Source: the human T2T-CHM13v2.0 reference genome, Homo sapiens
NCBI RefSeq assembly: GCF_009914755.1
Contig: NC_060925.1
Strand: one strand, 5' to 3'
DNA: 64,000 bases
The notes beneath the pieces are model-generated. The model had not been told where the DNA came from, made no database searches, and saw only the letters and a program-made list of their open reading frames with translations. Positions 63,195-64,000 of this stretch are shown one piece after another. Every line of letters begins with the position of its first letter. The first letter of the stretch is position 1. The position numbers and the translations under genes were made by a program.

Positions 63195-64000
63195 TGGATG
63201 ATAGTGAGGAAGAAATCAAGTAGGAGCCCCAAGTTTCTGGCTTGAGTAACTAGATGGATTCTAGTGCCATTTTCAAAAACACTGAAGGACAAAAACATTG
63301 GGGAAGGATGAGTTCAGTTTTGAACATGTTGAGAGTGAAGTGTCTATGAGTCATGCAAGTGATATTTAGCAGGCAGCTGTATGTACAGGTCTATGGCAGG
63401 AAAAACAGAGGTCAGAACTGGAGGTAGAGGTTTGGGAATCACAGGGAAAGTAACAAGCCATGGGAGTAGTCGTCATCACCTGAGGAAAAAAATTAGAGTG
63501 AGAAAAGGGTTTAGGACTGATCCCTGAGAATCTTCACTATTTAATGGTTGGGTAAAAAAAAGACAAGCTGATAAAAGAGAGCATGGAAGATCAGATAGGG
63601 TAGAAGAAAACGAGAATGTTGTAACACAGAAATCATGGAAAGGATTTTGAGAAGAGAGTGGTCAATGGTGTCAAAGGTTGGAGACTGGAAAATATCCATT
63701 GGATTTAGTAACATGGAAGTCACTGTTGACCTTGATAAGAGCAACTTCATGGGAGAGAAGCCAGACTGGAGTAGGCTGAAGAGTAGGAGGTGTGATATTA
63801 AAGACAACCAGGTAGATACCTCTTAAGACAAGTTAGACTATGAAGGGGAGGACAGACATAGAGCATTAGGAGCCTTGAGGCAGAGGTTTTTTAAAGCCAA
63901 GAGAAACTAGCACATGTTTAAATGTTGACAGAAAAGTGAGGTGTTGACAGCTAAATAGCACAAAGGTTCCTGAGAGGTTGGAAGGGAGAGATCCAAAGAG
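63195..64000 (-). mobile_element. L2 remnant
   Basis: gagttcagttttgaacatgttgag and gtcaatggtgtcaaa...catggaagtcactgttgaccttg L2 motifs. Confidence 0.75.

Overview
Primate (very probably human) genomic DNA, repeat-dense and AT-rich, lying inside the DIPK1A (FAM69A) gene on the minus strand. Three internal coding exons are present (31530-31664, 6057-6164, 2396-2572). All are phase 0 with canonical AG/GT sites; the first and last coding exons lie outside the window. The rest is intronic. It contains dozens of Alus (several nested), a SNORA51 H/ACA snoRNA retrocopy at about 1194-1317, L2/MIR/MER/MLT/MST relics, and a ~15 kb composite. In that composite a full-length but dead L1PA4-like element (46754-52888, +) has inserted into an apparently end-to-end ancient L1MA-type element (~43165-58143, -). 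Almost all ORFs in the supplied track are Alu, microsatellite or L1 read-throughs. I see no convincing novel protein-coding system. The best leads are regulatory or RNA-level: an L1 antisense promoter pointing at exon 2, a candidate frameshifting cassette exon whose stop overlaps the downstream ATG, stop-free circularisable exons, and two templated inverted duplications. Repeat boundaries and subfamily calls were made by eye and are approximate.
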